A DNA stretch of 64,000 bases from Bispira polyomma. Taxonomy: Eukaryota. The position numbers and the translations under genes are program-made. Positions 38,930 to 54,139 of the stretch are shown here, in pieces (the first letter of the stretch is position 1; every line of letters begins with the position of its first letter). A model generated the notes under the pieces. The model saw nothing but the letters and a program-made list of their open reading frames with translations, was not told the origin of the DNA and made no database searches. The DNA is taken from the NCBI GenBank assembly GCA_965649765.1, contig OZ287748.1, positions 11,470,001-11,534,000 on the forward strand. The letters run 5' to 3'.

Positions 38930-39128
38930 GAGTAAAGAATTTGGACTTGGACACTGTATCTGAAATTCGCGACCCCTCAAATTTAAGCCAAATCAATAAA
39001 TAGTGGTGAAAAATAATTGGAATTTAGATAAGAACAGAAAAATAGTCACAAAATCTCAATTTCAGCAAATATTACCCAGAATTCTACCCAATAACATTTT
39101 TTTTAAATAGCGAATTTCAGAAACAGTG
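38930..39128. mobile_element. Small TIR element (CACTG termini); inverted second copy ~45070-45285
   Basis: cactgtatctgaaattcgc / gcgaatttcagaaacagtg; interior is the reverse complement of 45075-45262. Confidence 0.65.
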
Positions 39129-39248
39129 GTACAAAATATTGTATTAACCTCCAGGCATCTTTTGAAATGACCACATATACTGGGCATTAGAGTAGCTTCT
39201 ATAGGCATCAACAGAGCTCTCATGATACGGTTAGGTACAGGTACTCAC

Positions 39249-39336
39249 CATGAGACAGGTACTGGTTTGTGTGGTATTCTGTGGCCGCAGTTTGCCAACA
39301 ATGCTCTGGAGTTTCTGTAGTTGTGACATTAGTGAC
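39249..39336 (-). CDS. CREB3L1/2: CREB3L1/2-like exon 8 (zipper end, TM start)
   Basis: tttctag|G...ATG|gtgagt; 88 nt. Encodes SLMSQLQKLQSIVGKLRPQNTTQTSTCLM. Confidence 0.95.
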
Positions 39337-40237
39337 CTAGAAATTTACACACAACATATGGGAGAAATGGTACAAGTTAACAACATATGCACTGTAGAGA
39401 CCTCCCCCTAAAAAGCCAGGGCAGATCTGCGCTGTTAATGTAATGCAAAAAGGCCTTTTGTGTGAATGTTGATATGTAGCACATATTACCTTTATGCCTT
39501 GGTTATGGCGGAGGAGAATTTTGTATATTTCTTTGGGAAAGTCTCTATGCCGTATGGGGACAAATGGTAGACATAATACCCAGAAATGTAAAACATAAGG
39601 TCACACACTGTCAGACAGGGGACAGCAGGTCTATTGAAGCCCTTTCAGCGACTCGAGCGTGGATGTAGTAACACAGGGGAAAAAGTACATACGGTACATA
39701 TGATGGCCAGAACAGATAAAGTCAGGCAAAAAATTGTTGTTTTCATTCCACTTCAAATTTTGTTGTTTTTTTTTAGTTATCTTTCCCTATGTTTTACAAC
39801 TCTGTTTATCCTAAATGGGAGCTTAGTCGGTATAACAGTCAGTACAGTTTATACTTGCTCACTTGAATCTCTACAAGCCTTATATGCATGTAGTACGACT
39901 AAATATAAGTTGTACTCCAGCATTATAATGAAAGATCTTAAACTCAATTTTTTGCTAAAGTTCAAATACCACTTGCATAGATTTTATTATTAGTGGATTT
40001 TCTTTAAGGAATAGAATATATAGCCAACTGCTTCAAGTTTTAGACAACTTATTCAGTCACAAAGATACGGTGCATTTGAACAATATAGGTGAAATTATTA
40101 AGAACAGATATTATAAACCTTGTATTCTTAGGCAATCTGATAACATTGAAAAGTGTTTATTGTCGCCAGTTAGTGAACCCTAGATACTCTTAGATGTAAC
40201 ACATATAACAAAAATAAGGAAATAAGAATTCACAAAC

Positions 40238-40306
40238 CGATTGTTATTTTCAAGTGAATCACACTTCTTTTTCAGATCCACATTTTCCTGGGAATATGAT
40301 TCAACT
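40238..40306 (-). CDS. CREB3L1/2: CREB3L1/2-like exon 7 (leucine zipper)
   Basis: tttacag|A...CG|gtttgt; 69 nt. Encodes VESYSQENVDLKKKCDSLENNNR. Confidence 0.94.
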
Positions 40307-40564
40307 CTGTAAATACATAAATGTTGGTCATTACATATATTTATCAAAAACACAAGTTCTTTTGGTTTTGCACAAGCCGATTAAAAAACATTAGTTAAGA
40401 AGGCACACTCGTACTTTTATACATTGGTAAACATAACACTAAAACCACTTTACATTAAAAACCATAGACAGCTTTTTATAGACACAGTACCGATCAAATT
40501 TTAATAACAAAAATTATTTTGCGATTGACAAATATAATGTTAAGTTTTAGTTAAATATACTCAC

Positions 40565-40623
40565 TTTCTTTCCAAACTTTCTAAGTATTCTTTCTTTTTC
40601 CGTCTGCTTTCTTGAGCTGATAT
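40565..40623 (-). CDS. CREB3L1/2: CREB3L1/2-like exon 6 (basic region)
   Basis: ttttcag|ATA...AA|gtgagt; 59 nt. Encodes ISAQESRRKKKEYLESLERK. Confidence 0.97.
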
Positions 40624-41378
40624 CTGAAAATAAAGAGGATAATTAGAGTCTGACCAGAGTATCAGTGACCACAAGTAGGCAGCATTCACTTGATTATTCA
40701 AGGAAGGACAACTTCAAGCATTTATTATGTATGCACATTATAAGTATCATACTGCCTTGGACTTATACACATATTTTTAACCATCTAAGTTAAAGCTCTT
40801 CCGAAGAAAAGCACTCAACAGAATTTGGGGAAATGTTAGTACTTTGATTCAGAGTTGCTAAAAACATTATATATGTACTAAATGGTAATGGAAAACAATA
40901 TTTTATAATTCTATATTCATACTTATTTTTGCAACTATTGTATATGTATATATCTGATATATAAGATGTAGTACTGTAATGTGTCTATGGGGGGGAAAAA
41001 AAAAAAAAAAAAGTTCACATTTTTTTGACAATACATGTCGTTACTTTCCCCAAAATTAATTAAAAAATATTAATTTATGCGTATTAAGATATTTTTTATT
41101 AACTAAATTCCAAAATATCAGTTTCATAATTGGTTTAATCCAGGTAGCAAAATTCACTGGTGGGTAGAGAAATTCACTGGTTGACCAACACAGAAATAAT
41201 GATATGCCATTAGTTTATTTTTATCTTATAAATTTTATTTGTTAGTTAATTTGTACTGTATAATTTGTATTTTAACATTTCAATGATTTATAAAAAAACA
41301 CTGACAAAACATGTATGTTGGTAAATTTGGTCAGGTTTAGCCATAACTAGGCTGTTATAAATATTATAGCAAAGCCAG

Positions 41379-41507
41379 ACTAGTGGCCTGCAATATTACC
41401 CATATGGACTTCACAGTGTTACTAGTGGCCTGCAATATTACCCATATAGACTTCACAGTGTTACTAGTGGCCTGCAATATTACCCATATGGACTTCACAG
41501 TGTTACC
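41379..41507. repeat. 42-bp tandem repeat x3
   Basis: actagtggcctgcaatattacccatatggacttcacagtgtt. Confidence 0.9.
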
Positions 41508-44500
41508 ACAGCCTTGTTGTTAAAAGCTCATATCTGTTAGGAAATATCTTTGGAACTAATTCAAAATATGTGCATGTATACATTAATGTTGCATACTGTA
41601 CTATGAAGAACACCTAGAACTGCTTCTTCCCTGGCCAGAAGCAGAACTACTTTTTACCAAGAAAGAAGTACATATTTTGTACATATACAGTTCTGGTACG
41701 TATTTTGAATCAGTTCTAAGGGGAAAGGGATTTTTGTACAATAATGAGCCTTTAGCAAGGCTAATACCCTAATATAAAAAGGCTACTTTTTACATCAAAA
41801 ACACTGTGCAATCTTTTCAGACCACAAATAAATCTGAAACCCTAAAAGTTTTCATACACTGGGTTCTCACAGACTCTGCATACACTTTTTTAGTACCATC
41901 CAGACACAACATACTGGTAATTTTACAAGCGATTACTCTTGGCTCTTTATTTTAAACAAAGTTACATAACCGCAAGTGAGTTTTTATTTACATTTCACAA
42001 TTTGAATTTGGCCCGGCAAGTCTGGTTTGAATTAAAGAAGAAAGGCCAAACTGTCTGTATTCAGATAAACCATCCACACACTCTTCCCCTACTGCTTTGT
42101 AGTAAGCAGGCCGAAAAGTTCATTTACAATTGTTTCAGGTACGATAAGCCAGCCACTTATACTTTATATATATCATCAATATGTTAATCTGTCTCAACCA
42201 GATCGCATTAATTTAAATGCTTAAAAAAATTAAATGAGTATTGATTAAGCTCATTTTAAGATGTTTACTATAAATGGATTTTCATTATAAACAGATTGTT
42301 GCGTCACTCTGTAGGAGGAACAAAAACCTATTTTTAACAAAAACTTTAACATCTAAAAACATGCATGTCTTACTTTTTGTAAGTACACAAATGTAGTGAC
42401 TAGAGGTTTACCAGACAGAAATGATAACATTTTGTAAAACTTAACTACCAACAACTTTAGCTCATCTTAGATATCATCACTTACATGTTCTTGTAAACTA
42501 CTATTCTACTTTTGTAAAACTAGTACTCTGCATTTCAATACTCTAATTTATTTGCTCACAATCAATGCTTGATTTCACTGTTCATTTTACAAATTATATC
42601 AAGAAACCTGTACAGTGAAGCCTCTTAAACCCCTTACTTACTTGCTCACAATCAACTCTTGATTTTACTGTCCATTGTACAAATTATATCAAGAGACCTG
42701 TACAGTAAAGACTTTTAAACCCCAAAGCTACAAAGGCTTTCTAAGAACAAGATTTTCTTTTGGTGGTATACCAGGTTTCAAAAAACAGAGACGACATTCC
42801 ACACAATAACGGTAAAATATAAGAATTTTAAGAGATATTAAATAAAGTTAAAAAAATTTAATAGTTAGATAAAGATAAAACTTCACAGAATATGGAAGTG
42901 ACAAGGAATCTTTGCTACAACATTTCCAAAACCTTAAATTAATGTTTCCTTAGTATTTATGTACAATAGGTAAAACTAGAACACATCATTTATCCATGAA
43001 CTGTCACTAAAAGTGGCCAGACTAGTTGCCTCATGATTATAAGCATGACAGAAAGCCTTTTAAAGAGAAGGCTACATAAATCCTTACAGACAGAAGTTAA
43101 CAATTGAGAGTAGGATGCTTTTTTTCCACCAGCACACATTCTGTACCACTTGAAGGCAGCCATGCATATTATAGAAAATATAGTTTTGTGTACCACGCTA
43201 ACTAATACACAGAGACACAAAAAGGTCACCATTTTTCTCTCGCATCCCTATATTTATTGTAATGTCTCTTTCATGCACAGCTTCCCAGGCTATATATTTT
43301 GCACAAAAGAATGTAACAAGCTAAAGTGGTATGAACTTTTAGAAAGGAGTGCCACCATAAATGGCCAATAAATCTCTGTAAGATTGTTTTCATAGTATGG
43401 CTACCTTTGGTAAATACTAAATAGCAAATTCCAATACTTCTGAAGACACAGTAAAATGTTAACCTCAACCACTTTACCTTTTCAATCACAAAAGATGCAC
43501 AGAGTCTTGACTGAACTTCATTTTAAGAAAAGTAGTTTAGAATACCTTTACTTGACCTACTTGCTTTTAACTAAATATTAGAAACCTGCCAAATTCAGGC
43601 TGACTATAATACCTGAAATTAATGTAATTAGAACTTAAACACTGGACCAAAAATTGGAAGGTGGAGAATGTTGTTTTTTGTAATTTTTAATATCATTAAA
43701 ATATTGAACTTTTAGAATCATGATAAAAATATACACATTTCCATATACAAGTACCGGTATATAAATGTGTACTATGATTGAACACACAACTGCAAAGCCG
43801 TCAACTTTGAGGTGTATTGTGAGAGGCGTTGATACATTGCTTTTGTAAATTGTAATAAGAAGCAGCAGGCTTTTAATTTGGTCTAGATAAAGATGTTTGT
43901 GTAGTTTGCTCTACATTAATAAAAAATGCCTCTGTCTACAAGGTTTGTCAATCAAATATACCTGGATTGCAAAATAAGGGGAACTTCTTAAAGGACACAA
44001 AAAAAAAAAAACAGATAAAAAAAGTCAATATTTTATTGGTGAAGCAACTTCTGTTTTGCAGACAGAAGTGTGCATAAACCTGAGTTCTCCATTTTGATCA
44101 ATAATCAATATTTTAAAAAGAAGTCCCAATCACAGATGTATGGTTATTGATACAGCAGGCATACTTCAAGTATTGACCAGAGACATTTGCCTCCTCACTT
44201 TTATCATTTTAATTATCAGCACAGGCGTGTGACCCGTGGTGTAGAAATGGGCCTTACACTTGACAGTTCTCTGTAAGCTAACAGATGACAACTCCAAACA
44301 ATAAACATCTCCTATAACTGTCTCTGTAAAACTGTGGACATTTCAAGCTACACACTATGCTTTATTTTCAGGTGAACTGCGTCATTTTGAGTCTTATATG
44401 GCTTCTCAAAACACACCACTATATTTGCATATGTTTTGGAAACTGTCCAGTCAGAGGGTAAAATGTTTTACTTCCGAGTCACATCAACTATTTCAGGCAT

Positions 44501-46355
44501 AATTTATATTAAAATATGACACCAGACTCTATGTAACTAGAACCAGTTTAAACAGATTTTCTCTAGAACTAGAACTTAATTTTGAGGTCCCACAACATTA
44601 AATAGTACTAGTTATAAACTAGGTACAAGTAGCCATAACTAGAACCAAAGCTTGTGGATAATAAACATATTCAGCTTATACGGAGTCTACTTAACATATC
44701 TAGTTTTGAAAATTATTTAAAACAAGCATGACATACTTGGTGTATTATATTGAATGCAGGTTTTTGCATACATAATGTGCTTTGACTTCAGGTGCTAGTT
44801 GTGTAGCTATTCATTAGGGGAGGAGTTGTGTGCAGGCCAGCTGAAGGTGTAGTCACTGCTGTGTGTATCAGTACCACTGTCACAGGTGGTTGTGTGAATA
44901 CAGACACTCTCATACACCCACACACAGCCACTTATACACCCTCGTACAGCCACAAAACATTCTATCACCAGGGCCCACCCACACTACCAGACACTCAAAT
45001 TTTATATAAACAAATACCTTAACATAAACTCCTTATTTAATTGACTCAAATTGACTCTATTAGAATAATGATTCTGAAATTTTCCACTATATTTAAAAAT
45101 TGCCACCCAGAAAGTGTTCTTTTGGGTAGAATTGTAGGCAATATTTGCTGAAAATTAAGATTTTTGTGACGATTTTGCTTTACTTACTAAATTCCAAGTT
45201 TTTTTTGCCATTTTTTATGGATTTGGCTTAAATTTTATAGGTGGGTGATTTCAGATACAGTGGCGAATATTAGATTCTTTACTCCTACCAGAGTTAAGAA
45301 TAATTTACTAATTTTAAATTCCTCCCATTTACCAACCTTACAACCCAAATTCTATTACTACATATGTATTACCTCTGGTCAAATTAGTAAAATCAATGAT
45401 CGTTACCGGTAAACAACATCAGTAGAATAAGAAAATAGTAACACAGTGTATAAAAAACTTTGCTGTACAAGTTGTGTTGAATATTTACTGATTTATGACT
45501 TAACATAATAAAAGGACATACTGTTTCAAATGGTTTTACAAGCATTTCCTTTCTAACTGTGTCATAATTAAACCTGTCTGCCAGAATATATATCAGTGTC
45601 CACAAACTATTTCTGTGGCACTCTCCTTGTGTTACATAGTTCTGTCGGACTGTCTAGACATTCATTTGAAACACACATTTCCTAACAACCACCACTTACA
45701 AAAATTCTCATAAACTTACGGTAATATCACTGACTTTTTTTTGGGGGGGCTATAAAATATCTATATTAAAAAGCCATTTATATCAAGAGAATGTTAAGGC
45801 ATATAACATGTTTTGTCTGTACATGATTTGAAGAGAACTGTCTCACAAAAAATAGTTTATAGAAAGGCCATCCATATTGTACGAATCAATAAGAAAATGC
45901 TTTATTTTTTATATACCTAGGCTTCAGAATATACAGATAACAGGAACACAAATTCTAAGTAACACACAGGAGTGCTCTGTTATAGTAGATTAACCATATG
46001 CTACTGTCAAGGGATGTCACAACTTCTGAAATCCGAAGAAAACTAGTAGCCATCTCGTAATCATCTTGACTTTAAATGGCCGTTGAATATTCAAAAATGT
46101 AACATATTTTACTTGCAAAAAAATGCAAAATTATATACTGTTGATGTATACTGTATCATTAAGTAAATAATTTGTAGGCGAAATACTGTGATTGTGTTAT
46201 TTTGCAATTTTACATATCTAAAGTGATATACATGTGTTCATCTTCACTTGGCGTCGAGCAGCTACCACAAGTTTTATTGGATGTGTCAATTAGCAAGCTA
46301 GTTTGTGACATCCCCATCATATTCACAAATATAACCATATTACCACACTGTTTAC

Positions 46356-46499
46356 CTTGTTCTTGATTTTTCTCCTGATTTTCTTCAGATTTTTCTCCTC
46401 TCCTTTAGTGAGCGGTAGTTTGGCTGGAATGGGGTAGCCCTCAGAAATGAGGGTTCGTTTCTCTTCTTCTGAGAGTAACAGAACACCCGATGTCGGGAT
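46356..46499 (-). CDS. CREB3L1/2: CREB3L1/2-like exon 5 (ATB domain + basic region start)
   Basis: ttttag|ATC...AAG|gtaaac; 144 nt. Encodes [48 protein letters not shown]. Confidence 0.97.
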
Positions 46500-48795
46500 C
46501 TAAAACACACAGGTTTGATGTCACAAAGATGTCAAGGCAGCAGACTTTCACAGGCTAAATCTCAATATTTATATGAAATATCTGTTCTTTATTTACAGTA
46601 GGGATTCTAAATGGAGTTATTGTGGAAGTTGAGTCTGCATTTCTAAGTCACGGAGTAAACTCTATTGTACTATGTAATTAAACATGTTATATTACCATGA
46701 CTTCTTTTGGGTTCCTTAGAATGTCACACTTAATAACTACGGGTGTATATGGTTATAAATTTTCAATCTAGTCGGTTGATGTCTAAAATTCCAGACTTGG
46801 GCTTTAGTTCTAAGTAGAATGTACACGACTAAAGCTACGTTTACATACTTCCTAACAATCCAACACAAACACGCCATACCAGTACAATAAATATATAAAA
46901 TTGTGTTTTATTTTAAAAACCTTAACTTTCTTATTTATAAACAGATTTGATACTTCTTTTACCAAAATTGGTTTCTCAGTATTAAAAGATGACAATTTTG
47001 ATACCAAACAAGCCTATGTCTTCTGCAGTACACATGTACTTTATTAAATTTTGTCTAGTCAATCAGTCAGTCAAAACATGCTCAATGCGTGAGTTTTGAT
47101 CGTGGTATACACAAAGTCATGTTCCATATACTGGTATATGTGATGTATGTATGTAAACACTCCCAAAGAAATATATTCATAAATAGCCATTATTTTCATG
47201 TACTAGTGATCGGTACCAGTGTGCCATGATGGTGTTTGGATGCATGTAAACATAGCTTTAGACACAACTGGTTTGTGTAGACAATACTCTTTACGAGAGA
47301 AAGACTGACACCAGACAGGAGGGGTAAATGTATATATACAACCTAGGCTGGTAACACTCTCTACCAGACAGTGTGATAAATTAATACATCCAACGGACAC
47401 AGCCTCTGCCCCAGTCTTTTTTCTAAAGTTTTGCATTATCTGTGGATATACATATCCCAAATACGGTTTTCAGAAAGTGGAAATAATGACAATTTCTTCT
47501 AGTCAAAGTAATACAAACATGAAGTCATAAAATTAACACTAGACATTTGTACCTCTGTTTTATATTTGTGGGTACACTTATTTACTAGAATAAATATTTT
47601 TTATGTCAATTTTGAAACTCAAATATTATTTCCAAAGCACTATTATTCTGAGAAAATATAAATACAGTATGTCCCAGTAAATATATTTAGTGGACAGTTA
47701 AATTAGAGTCTACTTAGATTTAACTGTCACAGGCCAGGAGACACGCCCCTTTTTTGGGGGTAAACAAGGTGTATTTCTGTCAAGCCTGACCATGCGTGAG
47801 ATATTCCTTTATCTAAACTCAACCATCCACCCCATACACTTATGGTTCTGTCTTAAAGCTTCACATGAAGCCATCTAGGGTTGACTTGCAATATTAATGT
47901 TTATACAAAGTTACACCCTTATGTGTATTCAATAGATTTCATGTTGAGGGTTGATGCTTTCTTTTTCCCCATGTTAACCCTCCTTTGCTTTATAACTGTT
48001 GAAACTGTACCCGCCTTTAAAAGAAACAGTCAATCAACTTCCTTGTTATCACTTTATGTCCTGCTTTATGGACCTTACCCCTCTTCAAACATCATAGGGA
48101 TAAATATTTTAAATGTTAATAATCACAACGATAGGACGTTTTTAGGAAGACTGACAATCAGTGTAAACAATGGTGACCATCAACCCTTGTTGAATTTTGA
48201 CCAGCACAACAATAAATATTGTCTACATGAATTAGTGGATATAAATAATGAGTGTCTTTGGCCCTTGTCACTTCAATGTGTTGTCCTGTAAGTGGGTATT
48301 GTTTGTATCACAGAGCATTGTGTAGATAATTACTACAAAGTACACCACCACAAAGATAACAGTAGATAACAAAACAAACAGGGACGTCTTACAACATCCA
48401 CTGACCTAAGGCACACACGCTAGTTATCTGTCAAACAGAAGTGACTTATGATTGGCAATTTAAACCAAAAATCAAAAATGGTACAAATTACAAAGCATTT
48501 TACAGTTTTCTTTACTACCTACAATAAAATTGAACTTTACTTGCACCATTTGCCAGGCATTTGATATAAATAAGCTACATGTTTAAAAAAAAATGCAATC
48601 TCATCTTTAGCAATTTATTACATGTTTTCTATTTCACTTTTACACTCTCAAACGCTCATTTTCACAAACGGCAACCCCTAACTTCTTTGAATTTTCGTTG
48701 TTTTTCACCCCTGGGCGCTTCCGTGTATATATGTCTGTTACAATCTTCCCACTACATGCACTTAACTTGTGGTTATATATACCTACTTTACTTAC

Positions 48796-48995
48796 GGGAT
48801 TCATGAAGAAGGGACTTGGGGAGACTGGTCTGGAGCCGTGATGAGAGTTGTGGGACATCAGTGTGTGGTGGTGGTGGTAGCTCCCCCCTCCTCTCACTGG
48901 ACTGGAGGGTTGGGAGCGGTCGGGACTCTGGCAGCCCTCAGAGTCAGAACTGTTACTGCTGGGAGGGGTAGGGGGAAGACTGAGCTGGTCATATG
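48796..48995 (-). CDS. CREB3L1/2: CREB3L1/2-like exon 4
   Basis: tttgtag|CA...CCC|gtaagt; 200 nt. Contains the conserved LPPTPPSSNSSDSEG motif. Confidence 0.93.
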
Positions 48996-49140
48996 CTACA
49001 AATAAACACCCACACAACATGACATCAACACCGCTTCATTAAGGGGACTAGTATTGTCAAATATATACACACACACAACATGACATAAACACGGATTCAC
49101 TAGGGGGCCTAGTATATTGCTTAAAAATTGTATCACAATA

Positions 49141-49318
49141 TAAAGTGGAACCATGTTAAGTCGAACATGAAGGAACCATAAAAAATTCTTCTACTTAACA
49201 GAAATTCTACTTAACAGGGTAAATTTTATTTAGAAATAGAGGAGAAGGACCTCACAAAAACTTCTACTCAACAGGTAATTTCACTTATCAGAGTGTTATT
49301 TGAAGGGATTTGACTATA
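49141..49318. mobile_element. Decayed Tc1/mariner-type MITE
   Basis: ta-aagtggaacc...ggatttgacta-ta ends with repeated ttctacttaacag motifs. Confidence 0.45.
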
Positions 49319-52300
49319 TTGCGATATATTTAAATCATATTCACAATATATCTTGTACTATTATTGGATCATATTCCAGTAAAACATTTACCAGAATAAA
49401 GCAACTTTCTGCTTATGCAGAAAACTGTAGAAATGTAGATTACATTCATTGCTTTATTCTGACTCTGTTAACAAATATCTTGTATGCTCTCTTAGTGTAT
49501 GTACACATGTATGCGGCTTCCGATGTCAGATTTGCGACTGCGATTTTTTCTCTCCTCATATTATTCGTTAATTTGTTCACATGTGTCAGACTGCAAACTT
49601 TTTCGCTTCAGGGCCGAAAAAAATGTAAAATCGCAGATAACCCAATAGTTTTCATACAAAGAGATATGTGTGTGTGGCGGGGGGGGGAAATCTCATTTCG
49701 CAAATCTGATAAATCTGATATTGGAGGCTGCATGCATGTGTACATACACTGGGGGATATTCAAGATTTTACTGTGAAAACAACGTACCAAAACATATTGT
49801 TTTTTTCCAAATTGGTATTGACACATATTGTTTTAAAAATATAATAGGATATATCAATTTCAACAGATTGTTACACCCTTATCATTACCACTCATCACAG
49901 CCATTATTTCAAAAGATAGTAACAGTCTGTTATTGGGTGTAGTTTGAATATGCACACGATTATCTCTTAGTTATTTAGTTACGTTATTTTAATATGAGCT
50001 TTTATGATCAGATAGAAAGGAAAAAAAAAACATTTATTACCTAAATTATAATAACTCAGTATTTCATTTTATGTGTATGGGCTGAAATAAAGGACAGACC
50101 CCTATTATATATACATGTACCAACATCCTCCGAGAAAAGGATAATCTGTTTTGAAAATAGAATGTTCATAAACTAGAGCAGCTCTCTTAGTTAAATACAT
50201 GTTTAACGAAATGTAAATTTAGAAGAGTGAAACTAAGATCAAAAAATATAATATTTGAATCATAAAAATTTGATAAAAGGTTCTTTGCTGACTCTTAAAA
50301 ACATTTATCAGAGTTCTATCTTATTGTCAGACAGATCCAGTGTGAAAATAATTTTATATACACATATACAAGTACACTTACTTTTTTAAAGGATGTAGGA
50401 TAGCAACTTCCCCTTAAATAAGGGAACAATAGGCTTTTGATGTACACTGAAACTTTACACAATGACTTAATCATCTCCACTATACTGGTTTTAATTTCCG
50501 TGAACAGCCCACACAAATTCTTACACATTACATCTTGCACTATAAAAGGAAACCTCACTGCATCGTGATTAACATGTAAGGATTATGGAGGTTTATTAAT
50601 CACTTACAGCTTATAATACCAACAGAAACAGCTAGATAGAAAGAGATTATTTCTTGTTTTTGCAAGACTCGTGGTTTTTGTCAGTCAGAAGATATACAAG
50701 TTTCCTCATTGCATATCATATTTTAGGAAGTTTTGCATTTGTAATTTTTTTTTCGAATGGCGTAAACTTGTTGCGAAAATTACACTTTCCAACCTACATT
50801 AAAAATTTTTAAAAAAATTTCATATTTTAATTACATATACATCTTTGTAACATCTACTTCTAGCTTACAAGCTATATATTCATATAAATAGGCTAACAAA
50901 ACTGACACCCAGTCAACAATAAATTTACAATCATTTTCTTTCAACAGAAACACAGCTACACATATATCAGTGGCTTCTCTGAATATTTAGAATTCTGAGT
51001 ACATTCAGTACATCTTTTAGCTGAGATTACACAGTAATCCAGGCCCACCTGATATTTAGGCAGAAAAAAACCAGTGTTTTGGCTGCTAAATCCAGACCCT
51101 GCTCATGTTTACAAACACTAGTGACCTTGCAGGACATCTGGAAATGATGTAGTTAGCATCTGGATAGATAGAACTCTGGTATAACAGATAGGCTTATCTG
51201 ATAAGAGCCATTGTTCTGGTGGGATACACTATATCAAGGGGGGGCTATTTGTACTTGTATATACACAATTTTTAAAATTAGGTATTCATGTTTTAAATCA
51301 TGACAATTATATAAATTATATTGATTTACAGATACACCATATCTTAATTACTGATCACAATTTTTGCATATACTATTGATTAAACATAAAACAAAACAGG
51401 TTTTTAACCAGATGATAAAGATACAGCTATTTTTACTGAACCACTTCACTATTGTGACTTTCCAGTTTCAACATATTTTTAATGGATATATGTATATCTA
51501 TTTTCACAATAGTAAAAACCAAAAGGCCTGGGGAAATGCACAAAAAGATTCCCCAAATTATGTAGATTTAAAATTTGAATAATAAGAAAACAATTAGCAT
51601 AAAGATAATAAGCCTATATTCAGCCTGGGAAATAACTAAGAGATTTTTTAAATTATTATTCCTGTCAAACATCTGACCTATTATGAGCAAGATTAGGGCT
51701 TGATTTTATTTATTAATAAGTATAAACCCAAGTACTGGTGCTGTAGTAATTTAACACTACGTAATTCAAAGTCCAAACACCTGGTAGTTTTGATACAGCA
51801 CACACAGATATACAGTATATGTAGATAATGGGTCAATCTATGTCAATGTCAAACTATCAAACTAAAATAGTGAGTTGCTGCAATGTTTTAAATAAAAGAA
51901 CTAAACATATCATGGGAAGATGTAAGTTTCAAAAATGTAAAGATTTCTAGCAGTTGCTATAAAAACAGTTACATACATTGTATTTCCCCACTGTGCACAT
52001 AACATATTGACCCCCCCCCCCCCACTCCCCCCATTTTCCCAAAAGATGTTCTAAAATTCAGCATGGTGCTAGAGATGTAGTTGAACTTCTTTACAGTAAA
52101 AACAAGTCAGGCTTTTATCATCAGCAGTCTACACCCTACTCTGCAATAACACTGGATTCCTTCAACTCTATTTTGATGCTAGTTTTTTTTCTGTCTGCTA
52201 TCAGTGGATGTTCACTACTGTTTGGGGGGCTAAAAAGTCTAACTTGATTTTGCATTACAAAATCTCTGAATACAACAAATTGGCTAAACTTGGCTTTCTT

Positions 52301-53312
52301 CTGGTGTGTTAAAATAATCATAAGTCATAACAGCGGCTAATTTCACAGCAATATTTGTACATTTACAAGAGACACTGGACCACTGCATATTCTCCCATAA
52401 AAGAGTTTGACACCGACGGGGAAAACGGCTCAAACCAGTAAATATCCAATATGTAAATTAATTTCCAGATGTTTTAGACAGATGTATATGATGAATATTG
52501 ATTGTATTCATGTTCATGGATTTGATAGATATATCATTCCATACAGATTGAATTTCTCATTGGAAAAATAATAACAAACAGGATCATAAATCACAGAGAA
52601 AAAAAATCAATACATTAAAATAAAATGTTTTATGATTTTTCATTGTGCTTTATGTAAATGGTTAATATTAAAATATATTTTGTGTACACTCTTTTTCTTT
52701 GTACAGTGTTGTTCCATAATAAATATAGTTCATAAACCAAGAGAAAACTGGCCTGGTTGTGTAACCACAGATGTACTTTTGGAAAAGAAAAATAACTGCA
52801 ATGACTTTTAGACCAAACTGATACCACAAAATAGAGCAATTACATATGAATTTATAGATTGACACTAACAGTAACTATCCATACATGTCACAACTGCTTA
52901 CAGGCCATGTGTTACTGTTTCTATGTTCTGAGTCAGCACATGTACTTTATTTGTCTAATGTATAAGCTTTTCAAATTTATATACATTTGTTGTACCTTGG
53001 CCTAGTTTTTGCAAGTATACATGCGAAAGAATTTATACAATATCTGTAAAATTAAAAATACAGATTCTATTATCTGAACATTTTGGGTGAGTAATATTTT
53101 CTTTGGATAATAGAAGCAGAGGAATGATCACATATCAATATTTAAATATGGATCAATCACAGTATTTTGATTCAATTTCAATATTGACTAACAGGAAATC
53201 AATTATTGAAAATACATGCCAAGTAAATTACACTATCTGTATCTATTAACTTAAATATAAGCAATGTCACCATTTGCAATCTCCCGTAATCATATATACT
53301 GGGTTTACTTAC

Positions 53313-53780
53313 AGATATGGTCAGGACTGCACATTGATGATGAACCAGAAATACTTTGTGCTGCGTCCACTTTGACGCTGACCTTTGGCAGCACCAACCG
53401 CTCTTGGTGATGTGAACTGTGCGTTGTGGTGGTTGTGTGCATGGCCGGTTGTGTGGCTAGGATGATGGTTGGTTTTAGTAGTGTCTGTGGGTTGACTGTA
53501 CGGGTGACTGTGATCATGGTGGTAGTCTCTGCGTCCATGGGTTCTTTCTTGATGAATGCTGTGTTGGTGGTCAGTTGGTTGGTAGTAGTGTTATTAGTGG
53601 TCAGTACACTCCTTGGTGAAGCCAGACTACTGCATGAAGAGGCAGGGGAGGCGAGAATGTAGTTACACTGAGACGTGCTGCTGGTGTTGTTGTCAGCTGA
53701 TTGGCTGCTGTCTTCTGTCTTGATGGTCAAGGTCATGTTATTGGGGTCAACTGTGGCACCAAGTAGTTCCGAATCCGAAT
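53313..53780 (-). CDS. CREB3L1/2: CREB3L1/2-like exon 3 (Ser/Thr-rich)
   Basis: tttgcag|AT...T|gtaagt; 468 nt, phase 1/1, open frame DSDSELLG...CSPDHI. Confidence 0.88.
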
Positions 53781-54139
53781 CTGCAAATAGGATAGATGGA
53801 TATTTGTTATAATTGCAATTCATAAATTTGTCAATGTTCAAAAGGAGAGCACTGAAACAATACTCCCTGAGCAGGCCTGTCCCTGAGTCATGATATAAAA
53901 CTCAGTAATTTTATTGACAAACGTTGATGATCAGAATTACCATTGACGTATACAGGGATGCGTTGTATTAATCGATAAATGCTAACATTTATTACAGCAC
54001 TGTCATACGTGGTTACATTCTACTTTAACCATCTGTTTTTAAATTCCCGACCTTACCATGACTGAATGTTAACTTGTTAAAAATTAACCCCTGTCAAAAC
54101 TATTCCTAAGCCCACTCCCATATAAAAAAAGTGTTGTAC

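Noticed and set aside
47881-49942. ORFs of 136 aa and 158 aa on +, and similar ones at 32173, 39634 and 56602
   Set aside because: Low-complexity AT-rich translations in introns or UTR, non-ATG starts, no motifs.
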